This document shows, piece after piece, positions 10,111 through 20,435 of a stretch of 64,000 nt of DNA. A program made the position numbers and the translations under genes. The notes under the pieces are model-generated. The model saw only the letters and a list, made by a program, of their open reading frames with translations, was not told where the DNA came from and did no database searches. The DNA comes from Nitrosopumilus sp. (GTDB lineage Archaea; Thermoproteota; Nitrososphaeria; Nitrososphaerales; Nitrosopumilaceae), in assembly GCA_965205215.1 (NCBI GenBank), contig OZ242041.1:1088001-1152000 (forward strand), written 5' to 3'. Each line of letters begins with the position of its first letter. Position 1 is the first letter of the stretch.

Positions 10111-10398
10111 ATGGTCAGGGCAGTCTGGAACGACACCGTACTGGCCGAGAGCGACGATACGGTCATAGTCGAGGGCAACCACTACTTTCCGGCAGATTCG
10201 GTCAGGATGGAGATGATGCGGCCCAGCGACACCACGAGCTTTTGCGGCTGGAAGGGGACGGCAAGCTACTATACGGCGGTGGCGGGTGACCGCACCAACG
10301 AGGACTGCGCCTGGTGCTATGCGGACCCGAGCCCCGATGCCGCGCACATCCGCGGCATGGTTGCGTTCTGGAAGGGCGTCAGGGTGGTGGCCGACTGA
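10111..10398 (+). CDS. DUF427 family protein
   Basis: AVWNDTVLAESD, VEGNHYFP, C.WKGTASYY, AW.Y..P, VAFWKGV. Confidence 0.88.
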   Translation: MVRAVWNDTVLAESDDTVIVEGNHYFPADSVRMEMMRPSDTTSFCGWKGTASYYTAVAGDRTNEDCAWCYADPSPDAAHIRGMVAFWKGVRVVAD

Positions 10399-10507
10399 CG
10401 CCGCAGCCGACGCTGCTGGTGGCCGCCCCGCCGCGGGCCGGCGCAAGCAGTTTTGCCGCCCGCGATGCTCCGCGTGAGAAACCCTAGACATTAATGTATG
10501 ATTGGCG

Positions 10508-11143
10508 ATGTATGCAACGATGAAAAAGCGTGGACTCTATACGGCCTGCGCGGGGACGGTACTGTTCGGCGTGGCGCTCCTGGCCGCAAACTCGGTTGCC
10601 GAATCCTCCTTTATGGGGCCGGCGGGGTTTGACGTGCCGTCCATCTTTGATGGCATGTTCAGCACGATTACAGACGAGATGACGATCATACCGGGCGCCA
10701 CCGAGCGCGTGTCCTTTGCGGTGGAGTCAGACGGCGTTCCCGTCATATGGGCGGTCCATGTGACAGACTATGAGCCCGGCGACTCTCTGTCTATTGCGGC
10801 GTACGGACCCTCGGGGGAGACGTACGGCCGGTCCTCCCAGGTCGATGAGATAGCGTTTGAGGCCGTGGAGCAGGCCAGCGCGGGCCCCATGGACGTTGAG
10901 ATAACAAACACCGGCCCCGAGCCGGTTACGGTAACCGTAATGTTCTCCGAGGATCCGGAGAACTCGGATATGTTTATGGATCCCGACTCGCCGCTGAACA
11001 AGCTGATCTTTCCGCTCGTTATAGCGGGCGCGTCACTAATAGCGGGACTGATCGTGATGGTTGCGGGAATCGTCATCTTTCTTGTAGACATGAGGCGGCA
11101 GCAGAGAATCAACAAGTTTGATGACTGGTCGTCCGGCCGCTGA
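10508..11143 (+). CDS. Membrane-anchored hypothetical protein
   Basis: N-terminal signal/TM and C-terminal TM around an acidic ectodomain. Confidence 0.7.
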   Translation: MYATMKKRGLYTACAGTVLFGVALLAANSVAESSFMGPAGFDVPSIFDGMFSTITDEMTIIPGATERVSFAVESDGVPVIWAVHVTDYEPGDSLSIAAYGPSGETYGRSSQVDEIAFEAVEQASAGPMDVEITNTGPEPVTVTVMFSEDPENSDMFMDPDSPLNKLIFPLVIAGASLIAGLIVMVAGIVIFLVDMRRQQRINKFDDWSSGR

Positions 11144-11256
11144 TCTCGACGCGCCGCCTGCTTCTGGTGCCGCCTAATCCGCCGCGTACGCGCGTGGAGC
11201 CGGCATCCGAGGCGCAGGATGTCAGACTTTTTAAGCGGACCCTTGGGACACAGCTT

Positions 11257-11985
11257 GTGTCTGACAACAACCACGACGACCACGACCATGGCAACGCCGC
11301 GCCCGACCCCTCGCAGCCGGCAGCCGACCAGCACTATTTCGGATTCTCGTTTTACAAGCTTGATGCCAAGTGGCGGTGGATGGCGGACCTGGCAAAGGAT
11401 GAGTCCGCAAAGGAGGTCAAGAACATACTGGACTATACGGGCGTGTCATACCGCTCGTACTCGACCGTCGGGCTCCGCGACGACGCGGACTTTCTGCTGT
11501 GGTTTGCCGCCCGCACGGTAGACGAGATCCAGACGACGACAGAGCGCCTGTACGGCACGGTCTTTGGCAAGTACATAATACCGTCTCGGACGTACCTGTC
11601 GTGCACCCGGCCCTCCGTGTACGCGCCAGGCGCGGAGCCGCAGGGCTTTGTGGCCGGCGACCCGCCCAAAAAATACGTCGTGGTGTACCCGTTTACGAAG
11701 ACCCGCGAGTGGTACCTGTTGCCGCAGGCAAAGCGCCAGGAGATAATGGACGAGCACATTGCAGTCAGCCGCAGGTATCCGCAGGTCGTGCTGAACACCA
11801 CGTACTCGTTTGGAATCCACGACCATGACTTTATGCTGGCCTTTGAGGTGGACGACGTACGGGACTTTCAGGACCTGATAATGGACCTGCGTGAGACGCA
11901 GGTCTCCTCGTACGTAAAGAACGACGTTCCCATGATAGTGTGCGTCAGAAAGGAGATCCTTCCGCTGATCTCCAGTCTGGGATAA
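11257..11985 (+). CDS. Chlorite dismutase / coproheme decarboxylase (ChdC/HemQ) family protein
   Basis: YSTVGLRDDADFLLW, VYPFTKTREWYLL...R..IMDEHI, TTYSFGI.D.DF; GTG 11257 after TTTTTAAG. Confidence 0.85.
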   Translation: MSDNNHDDHDHGNAAPDPSQPAADQHYFGFSFYKLDAKWRWMADLAKDESAKEVKNILDYTGVSYRSYSTVGLRDDADFLLWFAARTVDEIQTTTERLYGTVFGKYIIPSRTYLSCTRPSVYAPGAEPQGFVAGDPPKKYVVVYPFTKTREWYLLPQAKRQEIMDEHIAVSRRYPQVVLNTTYSFGIHDHDFMLAFEVDDVRDFQDLIMDLRETQVSSYVKNDVPMIVCVRKEILPLISSLG

Positions 11986-12135
11986 CGCGGCTTTGCACCT
12001 TTTGCGCCTGTGGGCGGATCCGCCTGCGCGTGCCAAGATTCTGTGGCATGCGCAGTCACGCGCCGGGGTGGTGTCGATGGCGGCAAAGACGGCGGCGGGT
12101 TAGACATAAATTTTCTAGCCCGCCGGCCCATCATC

Positions 12136-13143
12136 ATGAGATACAACAGGCTCGGCAGATCAGGCATCAAGGTCTCCGAGCTGGGATTCGGCGCGTGGGC
12201 AATCGCGCTCGACTGGTGGGGCAAGAAGATAGAGGAGGACGAGGCCCTGAGGATGCTCAAGAAGGCGTACGACGTGGGGATCAACTTTTTTGAGACCGGC
12301 GACATGTACGGCAAGGGCAAGAGCGAGAGGCTGCTCGGCCAAGCGTTTGCGGGCATGCGGGACGAGGTTGTAATATCCACAAAGTTCGGCTACGACTTTG
12401 CAGGCGTAGAGCAGATCGGACACTCCGAGCTGCCGCAGTGCTTTGAGGCGGACTTTGCCAGGCGCGCGCTAAGGGCGAGCCTGGAGAGGCTGCAGACGGA
12501 TCACGTGGACATGTACGGCTTGCACAACCCAAAGCTGCACCACATCCGCGACGACTCTATCTTTGAGACGCTCGAGTCCATGGTATCCGACGGCCTGGCC
12601 AGGACGTGCCAGGTGGCTCTGGGGCCCGCCATAGGCTGGACTGCCGAGGGGCTGGAGGCCATGGAGCGCCCGTGCGTATCTGCGGTCCAGACCGTATACA
12701 ACGTGCTGGAGCAGACCCCCGGAAACGAGCTGATGCGGCGCGCAGAGGAGGCCGACGTGGGCGTCCTGGTAAGGGTGCCCGAGGCCTCCGGCATACTGAC
12801 AGGCAAGGTAAATGCGGACACCAAGATAGACGAAAAGGACCACCGCTCGGTGCGCAAGGGCCAGTGGATAAAGGCGTCGCTCCGGAAGGTAGAGCAGCTC
12901 AGGCCCATTGCCGACCGGAACGGTCTGACAATCACGGAGCTTGCAATGAAGTTTATAATGAGCAAGCGCGGGTTTGCGTCCGTCCTGCCCACGATGACCG
13001 AGCTTGACGAGATTGACGCGTACGCGGGCATGGCCGACGGCAGGTATGTCCCGGAATCTGACATGCGCGCCATCGGCGCGCTGTACGACACGTGGCCAGA
13101 GTACGAGCTAAAGGCAACCATACCTGCGGCAGGCGCGGACTGA
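12136..13143 (+). CDS. Aldo/keto reductase
   Basis: LGRSGIKVSELGFGAW, GINFFETGDMYG.G.SE, STKFG, SLERLQTDHVD.Y.LH. Confidence 0.92.
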   Translation: MRYNRLGRSGIKVSELGFGAWAIALDWWGKKIEEDEALRMLKKAYDVGINFFETGDMYGKGKSERLLGQAFAGMRDEVVISTKFGYDFAGVEQIGHSELPQCFEADFARRALRASLERLQTDHVDMYGLHNPKLHHIRDDSIFETLESMVSDGLARTCQVALGPAIGWTAEGLEAMERPCVSAVQTVYNVLEQTPGNELMRRAEEADVGVLVRVPEASGILTGKVNADTKIDEKDHRSVRKGQWIKASLRKVEQLRPIADRNGLTITELAMKFIMSKRGFASVLPTMTELDEIDAYAGMADGRYVPESDMRAIGALYDTWPEYELKATIPAAGAD

Positions 13144-13149
13144 GGGGAC

Positions 13150-13584
13150 ATGGCTGACCGGATGCGGCGGCGGCGACGACAGCGGCAGCCGCAGCAGGGA
13201 CGCGGGCCGCAGCAGCAGAGGCCGCCGTCATCGTCACCCTTGCCGTCATCCCCGTCCACGCCGAGGCGCGATGCAATGCTTGGCGCCATAAGGCAGCTGG
13301 ACGGCGCCCGCATAGGCCGCCCAAAAAAATGGGACAAGATTGCAAGAAAGGTGCGCGCAGACGAGCCGCTCAGTGCCGCGGAGGCCGAGTACTATGCAAG
13401 GCTGACGCGCATATACAGGCGGCCCGCGACAGGGGCGCCGCGCAAGAGCTACCATACCGCGCTGTCGGGCGCGGATCAGAGGCCCCGGTGCGCCGCATGC
13501 AGTGATCCTTCTGACTTTTACTGCCACATGAACGACCAGTACCTGTGCCGAGTGCACGTGGTGGGGCACGACCCAAACGAGTAG
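13150..13584 (+). CDS. Hypothetical protein with C-terminal Cys/His zinc-binding motif
   Basis: CAAC...YC.MNDQYLC.VH; follows AKR stop by 6 nt. Confidence 0.6.
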   Translation: MADRMRRRRRQRQPQQGRGPQQQRPPSSSPLPSSPSTPRRDAMLGAIRQLDGARIGRPKKWDKIARKVRADEPLSAAEAEYYARLTRIYRRPATGAPRKSYHTALSGADQRPRCAACSDPSDFYCHMNDQYLCRVHVVGHDPNE

Positions 13585-13614
13585 CCCTAGTGTGTGGGGG
13601 GCTGCCAACAGCCC

Positions 13615-14673
13615 TCAGGGCCGCGGTGCGCTGAGCATCTCTTCTTTCCGCTCTCCTGCACGCGCCGCATCCGCCGCATCCGGCCTGAACTCGTGCTCTA
13701 CAAAGTACTCTACGCGCGTCTTTTTGAACTCCCTTGAGCTGAACAGTATGGTGTACTCGTCGACCCCTACCTGGCCCTGTATCTGCCGCGCCATGTCGCG
13801 CGCCTCGGACTCTGTCTTGCAGTGTATCATGGAAAACACGTTGTAGGGCCAGTCCTTGTAGGTGGGCCTCTCATAGCAGTGGCTGACCTGCGGAAACGCG
13901 CCCAGCTTTGCGCCGACCTCTTCTATGCGCCCTTCTGGAACCTTCCACACGATCATGCCGTTTGCGGAGAACCCCGCCTGCCTGTGCCTGAGTATTGCCG
14001 CAAACCTCCTCATAACGCCAATCTCCTCGTACCATCTCATCTTCTCGAACAGCTCGTCCTCCGTCACGCCCAAGTTTTCCGCGGCTCTGGCAAACGGCTC
14101 GTCGATTATCTCCATGTCCTTTTGAAGCTCCCTGACAAACTCCTTGTCGCGCTCAGTAGGCTCAAATTCGACGCTTCTGATCTCCTTCTTTTTCTCGGTG
14201 GGGGCGACCTCGTGCTTTTTGTCGTCCACCATGTCGAGCTTTACGCCGATCTTGAAGAGCTGCAGGGTGGGCAGCATCCTGACCCTGCGGATGCCGTCGA
14301 GGCCCGCAAACTTGTCAAGCTCGTCCTTGAGGCTCGAGCCGGGGGGGACTGCCAGCGTAAACCACAGGTTGAACTCGTGGTCCCGCTCGTAGTTGTGGCT
14401 CACGCCCGGGTGGCGGTTTATCTGCCGCGCCACATGCTCGAGGCGCCCGGGCTCTATGTCCATGGCCACAAGCGAGCTTGTGTATCCGAGCCGTCGGGTG
14501 TCGAATATGGCGCTCAGCTGCCTCAGTACGCCGGACTTTTTGAGGCCGGTGAGCCTGTCCTTTATGGCGTCAGGAGTGACGCCAAACTTTTCTGCCATGG
14601 CGTCAAACGGGCGGCTCACAAGCGGGAACGTCCACTGGATCTCGTTTAGCAGCTCCATGTCAAGGCTGTCCAT
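13615..14673 (-). CDS. ahbAB: Siroheme decarboxylase AhbA/AhbB (NirDL-like fused Lrp/AsnC-type) protein
   Basis: Two repeats with FPLVSRPF, HPGVSHNYER.H.FNLWFT and FPQVSHCYERP...WPYNVFSMIH; divergent from sirC-hemA-hemB. Confidence 0.88.
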   Translation of the reverse strand: MDSLDMELLNEIQWTFPLVSRPFDAMAEKFGVTPDAIKDRLTGLKKSGVLRQLSAIFDTRRLGYTSSLVAMDIEPGRLEHVARQINRHPGVSHNYERDHEFNLWFTLAVPPGSSLKDELDKFAGLDGIRRVRMLPTLQLFKIGVKLDMVDDKKHEVAPTEKKKEIRSVEFEPTERDKEFVRELQKDMEIIDEPFARAAENLGVTEDELFEKMRWYEEIGVMRRFAAILRHRQAGFSANGMIVWKVPEGRIEEVGAKLGAFPQVSHCYERPTYKDWPYNVFSMIHCKTESEARDMARQIQGQVGVDEYTILFSSREFKKTRVEYFVEHEFRPDAADAARAGERKEEMLSAPRP

Positions 14674-14879
14674 CGCGTCTCCTGCCAACGGGCGCCGTTG
14701 CATGATATTGATTAAAAATGTAGTTATGACGCATGCCCTGCCTACACGCGGACGGCTGTGTCCGCACGCGTACAGGCACCGGACGGCAGACGCGGCGCAG
14801 TGCGCATGCCGGCGGCGCACTAGCCGTGCCGGCACGCCGTCCGGCTGTAAATAAATAACTCTGGCGCACCACCATACGC

Positions 14880-15539
14880 GTGATAATAGATCTTGACATG
14901 ACGGACAGGACGGTGGTGGTGATAGGAGGCGGGGCCCAGGCAGAGCGGCGGGTCAACGCGCTCTTGCAGGAGGGCTGCCGCCGCATCGTGGTGCTGTCGG
15001 CCTCCGCGTCAGGCGCGATCAGGAAATGGTCCGCGGACGGCGCCGTCACCCTGGAGGAGCGCGACGTGGAGGACAGCTCGTTTCTTGACCGGCACGGGCC
15101 GTCAGTCGTGGTCGCCGCAACGGATGATCCAAAGGTCAACGGCATGGCGGTCTCCGCTGCCCGCTCGAGGGGCATCCTCGGATACCGGTCCGATGACTCT
15201 GCCCTGAGCGACTTTTCCCACCCGTCGGTCATGCGGGTTGAGGGGGGGATAACCGTCGCAGTGTCCACGGGGGGCCGGAGCCCCGCCGTCTCAAAGCAGA
15301 TATGTCAGAAGGCCGAGTCCGTACTCCGCGGCGTGATCACCCCCCGCGAGGTGGCGCACATGCGCATACAGGACGCGGTGCGGCGCGCCGCCAAGACTGC
15401 CATAAAGACGCAGGCCGAGCGCAGACGCCTGCTGGAGGCCGTGATGGCCGACGGGACAGTTGATCGGTTAATAAGAGACGGGCGGTTTGGTGAGGCCGAA
15501 GAGCGCGCCATGTCCATGCTGCGGGGTGACAAAACATGA
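14880..15539 (+). CDS. sirC: Precorrin-2 dehydrogenase / sirohydrochlorin ferrochelatase
   Basis: VVVIGGG...ERR, VVAATDD..VN, DF..PS, VAVSTGGRSP. Confidence 0.87.
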   Translation: MIIDLDMTDRTVVVIGGGAQAERRVNALLQEGCRRIVVLSASASGAIRKWSADGAVTLEERDVEDSSFLDRHGPSVVVAATDDPKVNGMAVSAARSRGILGYRSDDSALSDFSHPSVMRVEGGITVAVSTGGRSPAVSKQICQKAESVLRGVITPREVAHMRIQDAVRRAAKTAIKTQAERRRLLEAVMADGTVDRLIRDGRFGEAEERAMSMLRGDKT

Positions 15540-16930
15540 GGCAAAGGATCATCAACGCGCGCGTCACGTTCCACAACTCGCCCATACACGTTCTTGAGCG
15601 GTTCGCCATACGGGACGTGGACGACGCGTACGAGCAGTTCCGGCGGCACTCTGGTCTGGACGAGTGCGTGATAATACAGACGTGCAACAGGGTGGAGCTC
15701 TTTGCGCGTACGGGCCCCGGGGGAACCGAGCGGCTGAAGCGGACGTGGGCCTCCCTTACGGGGCTCGACGAGGTTGCGTTTGATGAGAACCTCGAGATGT
15801 CCGAGGACGACGAGGCGCTGCGCCACCTCCTCAAGCTCACGTCGGGACTGGACTCGATGGTGCTCGGGGAGGAGCAGATACTGGGCCAGATAAAGAGCTC
15901 CATTGCCGAGGCGCGCAAGACGCGCTCGTCGGGCCGCTACCTGAACACGATATTTGACAAGGCGATACGGATCGGCACCCGGATACGCGGCAGCACGGGG
16001 ATCGGCAGGGGGGGCGTATCCGTCGGCTCCATGGCCGTCCGGCTTGCCGAGGAGAACATCGACGACATGAAGTCAAAGAGGATACTGCTTATCGGAACGG
16101 GCGAGGTCTCGACCCTCGTTGCAAAGTCGCTCCTGCGCAGGGGGTACGCGTTTGACGTCACGAGCAGGACCCTGGGCCGCGCAAGGGCGTTCTGCGAGTC
16201 GCTGGGGGGCTCCCCGGTGCGCTTTGAGGAGGTCCTGTCCAAGTTTACCGGGTACGACGCGATGTTCGTCGCCACCACCGCCCCGTACTCTCTTGTGACG
16301 TTTGAGAAGATATCGCAGGCGGTCTCGGCCGGGCGTGCCGGCGGTAACAGCGGTCACGGCGGCGGCTGCAGTGGCGAACCGGACGGCGGCCACCGCCGCG
16401 GCATGATGATCCTCGACCTCTCAAACCCGCGCACGGTCGACGAGCGGGTCGCGACGCTGCCCGGCGTCAAGCTGATGAACCTGGACCAGATATCTGAGAT
16501 GGTGGAAAAGAACCTGACGGCCAGGGCCGGCAAGGCCAGGGCCATCGAGGATGCAATAAAGGAGGAGGTCGGCGTACTGGAGGCGTCTGTGAGGCGCCTT
16601 GCAGCGGAGCCCATAGCCGAGCACGTGTTCAAGAAGATCGACGCCCTGCGGGAGAAGGAACTCGAAAAGGCGGTACGCGCGCTCGACGAGACAGATGCTA
16701 GGCGCATAGGTATAATCGACAGCCTGACGCGCGAGATAGTGGAGAGCATCGTATCACCCCCGATCAACAACCTGCGCAAGGCCTCCGAGCGCGGCGACTC
16801 TGGCGTGATTGCGCTTGCAGGCAGGCTGTTTGACTATGGGGATGACAGTGACGGTGCGGCCGATGCCGGCGCCGCCCCTTCGGCCGGCGCCCACGCTCCC
16901 GCCCCAGAAGACCCCGCCCCGAAAAACTGA
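15536..16930 (+). CDS. hemA: Glutamyl-tRNA reductase
   Basis: IQTCNRVE, SGLDSMVLGEEQILGQ, LLIGTGE, DLSNPR.VD. Confidence 0.96.
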   Translation: MRQRIINARVTFHNSPIHVLERFAIRDVDDAYEQFRRHSGLDECVIIQTCNRVELFARTGPGGTERLKRTWASLTGLDEVAFDENLEMSEDDEALRHLLKLTSGLDSMVLGEEQILGQIKSSIAEARKTRSSGRYLNTIFDKAIRIGTRIRGSTGIGRGGVSVGSMAVRLAEENIDDMKSKRILLIGTGEVSTLVAKSLLRRGYAFDVTSRTLGRARAFCESLGGSPVRFEEVLSKFTGYDAMFVATTAPYSLVTFEKISQAVSAGRAGGNSGHGGGCSGEPDGGHRRGMMILDLSNPRTVDERVATLPGVKLMNLDQISEMVEKNLTARAGKARAIEDAIKEEVGVLEASVRRLAAEPIAEHVFKKIDALREKELEKAVRALDETDARRIGIIDSLTREIVESIVSPPINNLRKASERGDSGVIALAGRLFDYGDDSDGAADAGAAPSAGAHAPAPEDPAPKN

Positions 16931-17151
16931 CGCGGATGCTTCCGATGCGCGCGGCACGAACCCCCATAGTAGAATCCTGCCGCACCCGGCAGCCCCAAAG
17001 GCAGACGGCGCACAAATGTGATCATGCGCTTGCGGCATGGGCGCGGCCTGCCCGCCGTCCCGCATGACATGCGGGAGCCGTCAAGGCATGCCCTCTCACC
17101 ACCCTCGATTCTCACTAGGATTATATCTTGTCGATCATACCATAATACATA

Positions 17152-18165
17152 ATGCAGTTTCCCACACGGCGGTTGCGCAGGTTGCGAAAAACCGCAAAGA
17201 TGCGCAGCCTGGTCAGGGAGACCACGCTCCTGCCGTCTGACCTGGTATGCCCCGTGTTCGTCCAGGAGGGAATTAACGAGCGTGTAACGGTGAAATCGAT
17301 GCCCGGCATGCAGCGCCTGCCGCTGTCGGACGTAACCGGGGAGGTCGAGTCAATCAAAAGCGCCGGCATCCCCGCCATCATGCTGTTTGGACTCCCCTCG
17401 TCAAAGGACGATGCAGGAAGCTCCGCGTTTGACAGGGACGGAATCGTGCAGCGGGCCGCCTCTGAGGTGCGCCAGGCCTTTGGAGACGACATCGTGATAA
17501 TGTCCGACGTCTGCCTGTGCCAGTATACACTGTCTGGACACTGCGGCGTCATACGTGACGGCCACGGCAGAGGTGGGGGAGGAGGCAGCAGCCCCGTCAT
17601 AGACAACGATTCGAGCCTGGAGGTGCTTGCCAAGATCGCCGTCAGCCAGGCGGAATCCGGCGCCGACGTCGTCGCGCCATCGGCAATGATGGACGGGCAG
17701 GTGTCTGCAATCCGGACGGCCCTTGACGACTCGGGGTTCTCCGACGTGCTGGTCATGTCGCACTCTGCAAAGCACCGCTCCGGATTCTACTCGCCGTTCC
17801 GTGACGCGGCCGAGTGCGCCCCGCAGTTTGGCGACAGGTCGACGTACCAGATGCCATACACCAACGCCCGCGAGGCCATGATGGAGGTAGAGGCCGACGT
17901 GGAGGAGGGCGCGGACATTGTAATGATCAAGCCCGCCCTTGCGTACCTCGACTTGGTGGCCGAGGCGCGCAGGCGCCTTGATCTGCCGGTCGCCGCATAC
18001 AGCACCTCCGGCGAGTACGCGCTTGTCCGGGCGGCGGCCGCCGCCGGATACGTGGACGGTACTCAGATTGCCCTCGAGATGCTCACTTCCATAAAGAGGG
18101 CGGGCGCCGACATAATAGTCACATACTTTGCAAAGGACGTGGCAGGATCGCTTCTGGCAGAATGA
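17152..18165 (+). CDS. hemB: Porphobilinogen synthase
   Basis: RLRRLR, DVCLCQYT..GHCG, APSAMMDG, FYSPFRDAA, MIKPALAYLD, IKRAGADII.TY. Confidence 0.97.
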   Translation: MQFPTRRLRRLRKTAKMRSLVRETTLLPSDLVCPVFVQEGINERVTVKSMPGMQRLPLSDVTGEVESIKSAGIPAIMLFGLPSSKDDAGSSAFDRDGIVQRAASEVRQAFGDDIVIMSDVCLCQYTLSGHCGVIRDGHGRGGGGGSSPVIDNDSSLEVLAKIAVSQAESGADVVAPSAMMDGQVSAIRTALDDSGFSDVLVMSHSAKHRSGFYSPFRDAAECAPQFGDRSTYQMPYTNAREAMMEVEADVEEGADIVMIKPALAYLDLVAEARRRLDLPVAAYSTSGEYALVRAAAAAGYVDGTQIALEMLTSIKRAGADIIVTYFAKDVAGSLLAE

Positions 18166-18473
18166 GAAACGACGAGCGGTTTGAGATTGAGAGGGCGTTT
18201 GATCTGGTGCCGCACGTGCTCGGCTCCAGCTGGGCCGCCGTGTGGTTCAGGATGAGGCGCGAGCGCAGCCCCACCCGCGCCGAGTACCGCGCCAAGGCGC
18301 TGGAGTACCTGAGGATGGCCGAGCCGCTCTTTGACTCCTTCCCGGACACGCCGGAGTTTGCCGACATACGCCGGTACATTGCGGCGCGCCGCGACCGGGA
18401 GTATGAGAGGATAGTGTCTGGCCGCAACAACGAGATAGAGAAGAGGTACGATCGCTACATCGACTACGGGTAG
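18162..18473 (+). CDS. Hypothetical protein
   Basis: ATGA overlap with hemB; host-like codon usage. Confidence 0.75.
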   Translation: MRNDERFEIERAFDLVPHVLGSSWAAVWFRMRRERSPTRAEYRAKALEYLRMAEPLFDSFPDTPEFADIRRYIAARRDREYERIVSGRNNEIEKRYDRYIDYG

Positions 18474-18509
18474 CAGCGGCGCCCCGCATGCCTCGGGACC
18501 GCGGGCTCG

Positions 18510-19136
18510 TCAGATCCTCCAGATCCTGGGCCTCGTAAACCTCAGCCTCTTTTTCGTGATCAGGAGCGTCCAGTCTATGAACGCGAATACAGCTACCACG
18601 CAGAGTCCGATGCCGTCGACTACCAGTATCCCCACCAGCCTGTCCTCGAATATCCCGACAAAGGGGCGCAGCACTATGTCCCCCAAGTGTATCATTATCA
18701 CATACGATATCATCCTGCCGGCCCAGAAGCCGGCGTATATCCCAGCGCTCTTTGCATGCATGAGCCCGTATGCGATAAACAGCATGTTGCTTGGCAGCGG
18801 AGTCGCGCCAAACAGGAACGACGCAAGCACGTACCCGTACCTCTTGCCGTTGAGGTACCTGCCTACCGTGTCAAGGTTTTCACGCTGCTCGGGCCCCACA
18901 AACCGCCTGAAGCGTATGCTGACGCGCTTTAGGAGAAACCTGCCTGCAGTGGCCCCCGTGGCCCCCACGGCCGCAAGCAGTATGACGTCCAGGGTCGGGT
19001 CAAGCAGGTGGAACGAGGCCAGTATCACCCAGCTTGGCGGCATCAGTATGGGCGACGCGTTGACGCCGACTAGCAGCAGGAATATCCCGGCATACGAGAG
19101 TCCCCCCACCGCATCAAACAGGGGATCCGCCTCCAT
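18510..19136 (-). CDS. DedA/VTT-like membrane protein
   Basis: PILMPPSW, GATGATAG, ATPLPSN.LF motifs; several TM helices. Confidence 0.7.
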   Translation of the reverse strand: MEADPLFDAVGGLSYAGIFLLLVGVNASPILMPPSWVILASFHLLDPTLDVILLAAVGATGATAGRFLLKRVSIRFRRFVGPEQRENLDTVGRYLNGKRYGYVLASFLFGATPLPSNMLFIAYGLMHAKSAGIYAGFWAGRMISYVIMIHLGDIVLRPFVGIFEDRLVGILVVDGIGLCVVAVFAFIDWTLLITKKRLRFTRPRIWRI

Positions 19137-19399
19137 CTTACAGTCATTATTCGAGGAGTCCCTTGCCGTAAATCCCTTTTTGTCGTGGGCTGCCGGCGGA
19201 CGGCTCCGGCGTGGGTTCGTGGGATTTGCGCGTGGCCGTCCGGCCCCGCCCCGCCTGCCGCCAACCGCCCGCAAGATATTGCATTACATTGTACAAAATT
19301 TGGAAATAATTTCATCTTTTCAATATATGACGTCATATATCATAAAAAATGAACAAAATATCCAATACTCTTATAAGCAATCACGCCTGCTTTTTGCAC

Positions 19400-19534
19400 A
19401 TGACCGAGGTTGTCTCCAAGTGCTTTAGGTGCAACCTAATATTCAGGGACGAGAGCCTTGCCGCGATCCACAGGGAGATCATGAACCATTCGACTACGAA
19501 GGTCCGCGTGCAGGCCACACCCGCTTCACAATAG
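19400..19534 (+). CDS. Small C2H2-type zinc-finger protein (44 aa)
   Basis: KCFRCNLIF...AAIHREIMNH; TTATAA at ~19371; stop abuts the island boundary. Confidence 0.65.
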   Translation: MTEVVSKCFRCNLIFRDESLAAIHREIMNHSTTKVRVQATPASQ

Positions 19535-19550
19535 GTGCAGAGAGTGGGAT
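19535..19550. repeat. att core, distal copy of tRNA-Leu 3' end
   Basis: Identical to 42113-42128. Confidence 0.9.
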
Positions 19551-19793
19551 CTAAAGTGTACATGTAGGGAAAACCACCCGTTCAGTTCTCATAAGATCGT
19601 TCAGCCCTTGCAAGCGTAATTATTGCAAGGCGCCTGCATAATATGCAGATGCATATTTTATTAAGGTTTTGAAAAATGGTTCCGTTGCTAATTCGTGTCT
19701 CCTTTCAAAAAACAATCAGGTTTCCATCCTTGCCGACGGAGGTCACAAATTCACAACGGAACCCCGACCCATAACTGTAAAATAGCATCCTCC

Positions 19794-20435
19794 ATGTCCC
19801 GTATTGTGAAAAACCGCAACGGCGCGAACCGATCAATATATCTGATCATCTCGATATCTTCCATAGTGCTTGTTGCGCTCTCCTTCTGGCCGTACATGTG
19901 GGAAGGGGAGATTCTGGGCAAGTGGGCGTCCATTGTAACCATTCTCTCGCTGGCGGGCGCGCCCATCGCGTATTTCGTAAAGCAGCACGACAAGGAAAGG
20001 GAGGCCGAACAGGCAGAGACTATGGAAAGGAGGCGCGCGTCAAAAAACCTGTACGGCGAGATGCGGGACACGCTACAGGCCATAAGGGGGGACACGTTCC
20101 CGGAGGACTTTTTTGATCTAAAAGTCGACGGCAAAACCGTTACATTTACGAATCGATTCCTTAACCATGGCATATATGACAGCCTGGTGTTTTCCGGCGG
20201 CATAAAGTTCCTCGATTACGACATACAGCAGAAAATTCAAAACGTGTTTAATATGATTAAATATCACAATCGATATCTGGGGATAATCTTGGAAAACGCA
20301 GACGGTGGCGAGATTCCGAAAGACGCGATAGCGTATTACGAGGTGCTGGACAAGTACGAACGACGCCTGCTGAAGGAGATTCCAGACATGCTGGAATCCT
20401 TGGAGAAAAAGTTTGGATTCAAGCCGCCTAGCTAG
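19794..20435 (+). CDS. Hypothetical membrane protein (island cargo)
   Basis: Two N-terminal TM helices and a helical soluble domain; visibly AT-richer than host genes. Confidence 0.7.
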   Translation: MSRIVKNRNGANRSIYLIISISSIVLVALSFWPYMWEGEILGKWASIVTILSLAGAPIAYFVKQHDKEREAEQAETMERRRASKNLYGEMRDTLQAIRGDTFPEDFFDLKVDGKTVTFTNRFLNHGIYDSLVFSGGIKFLDYDIQQKIQNVFNMIKYHNRYLGIILENADGGEIPKDAIAYYEVLDKYERRLLKEIPDMLESLEKKFGFKPPS

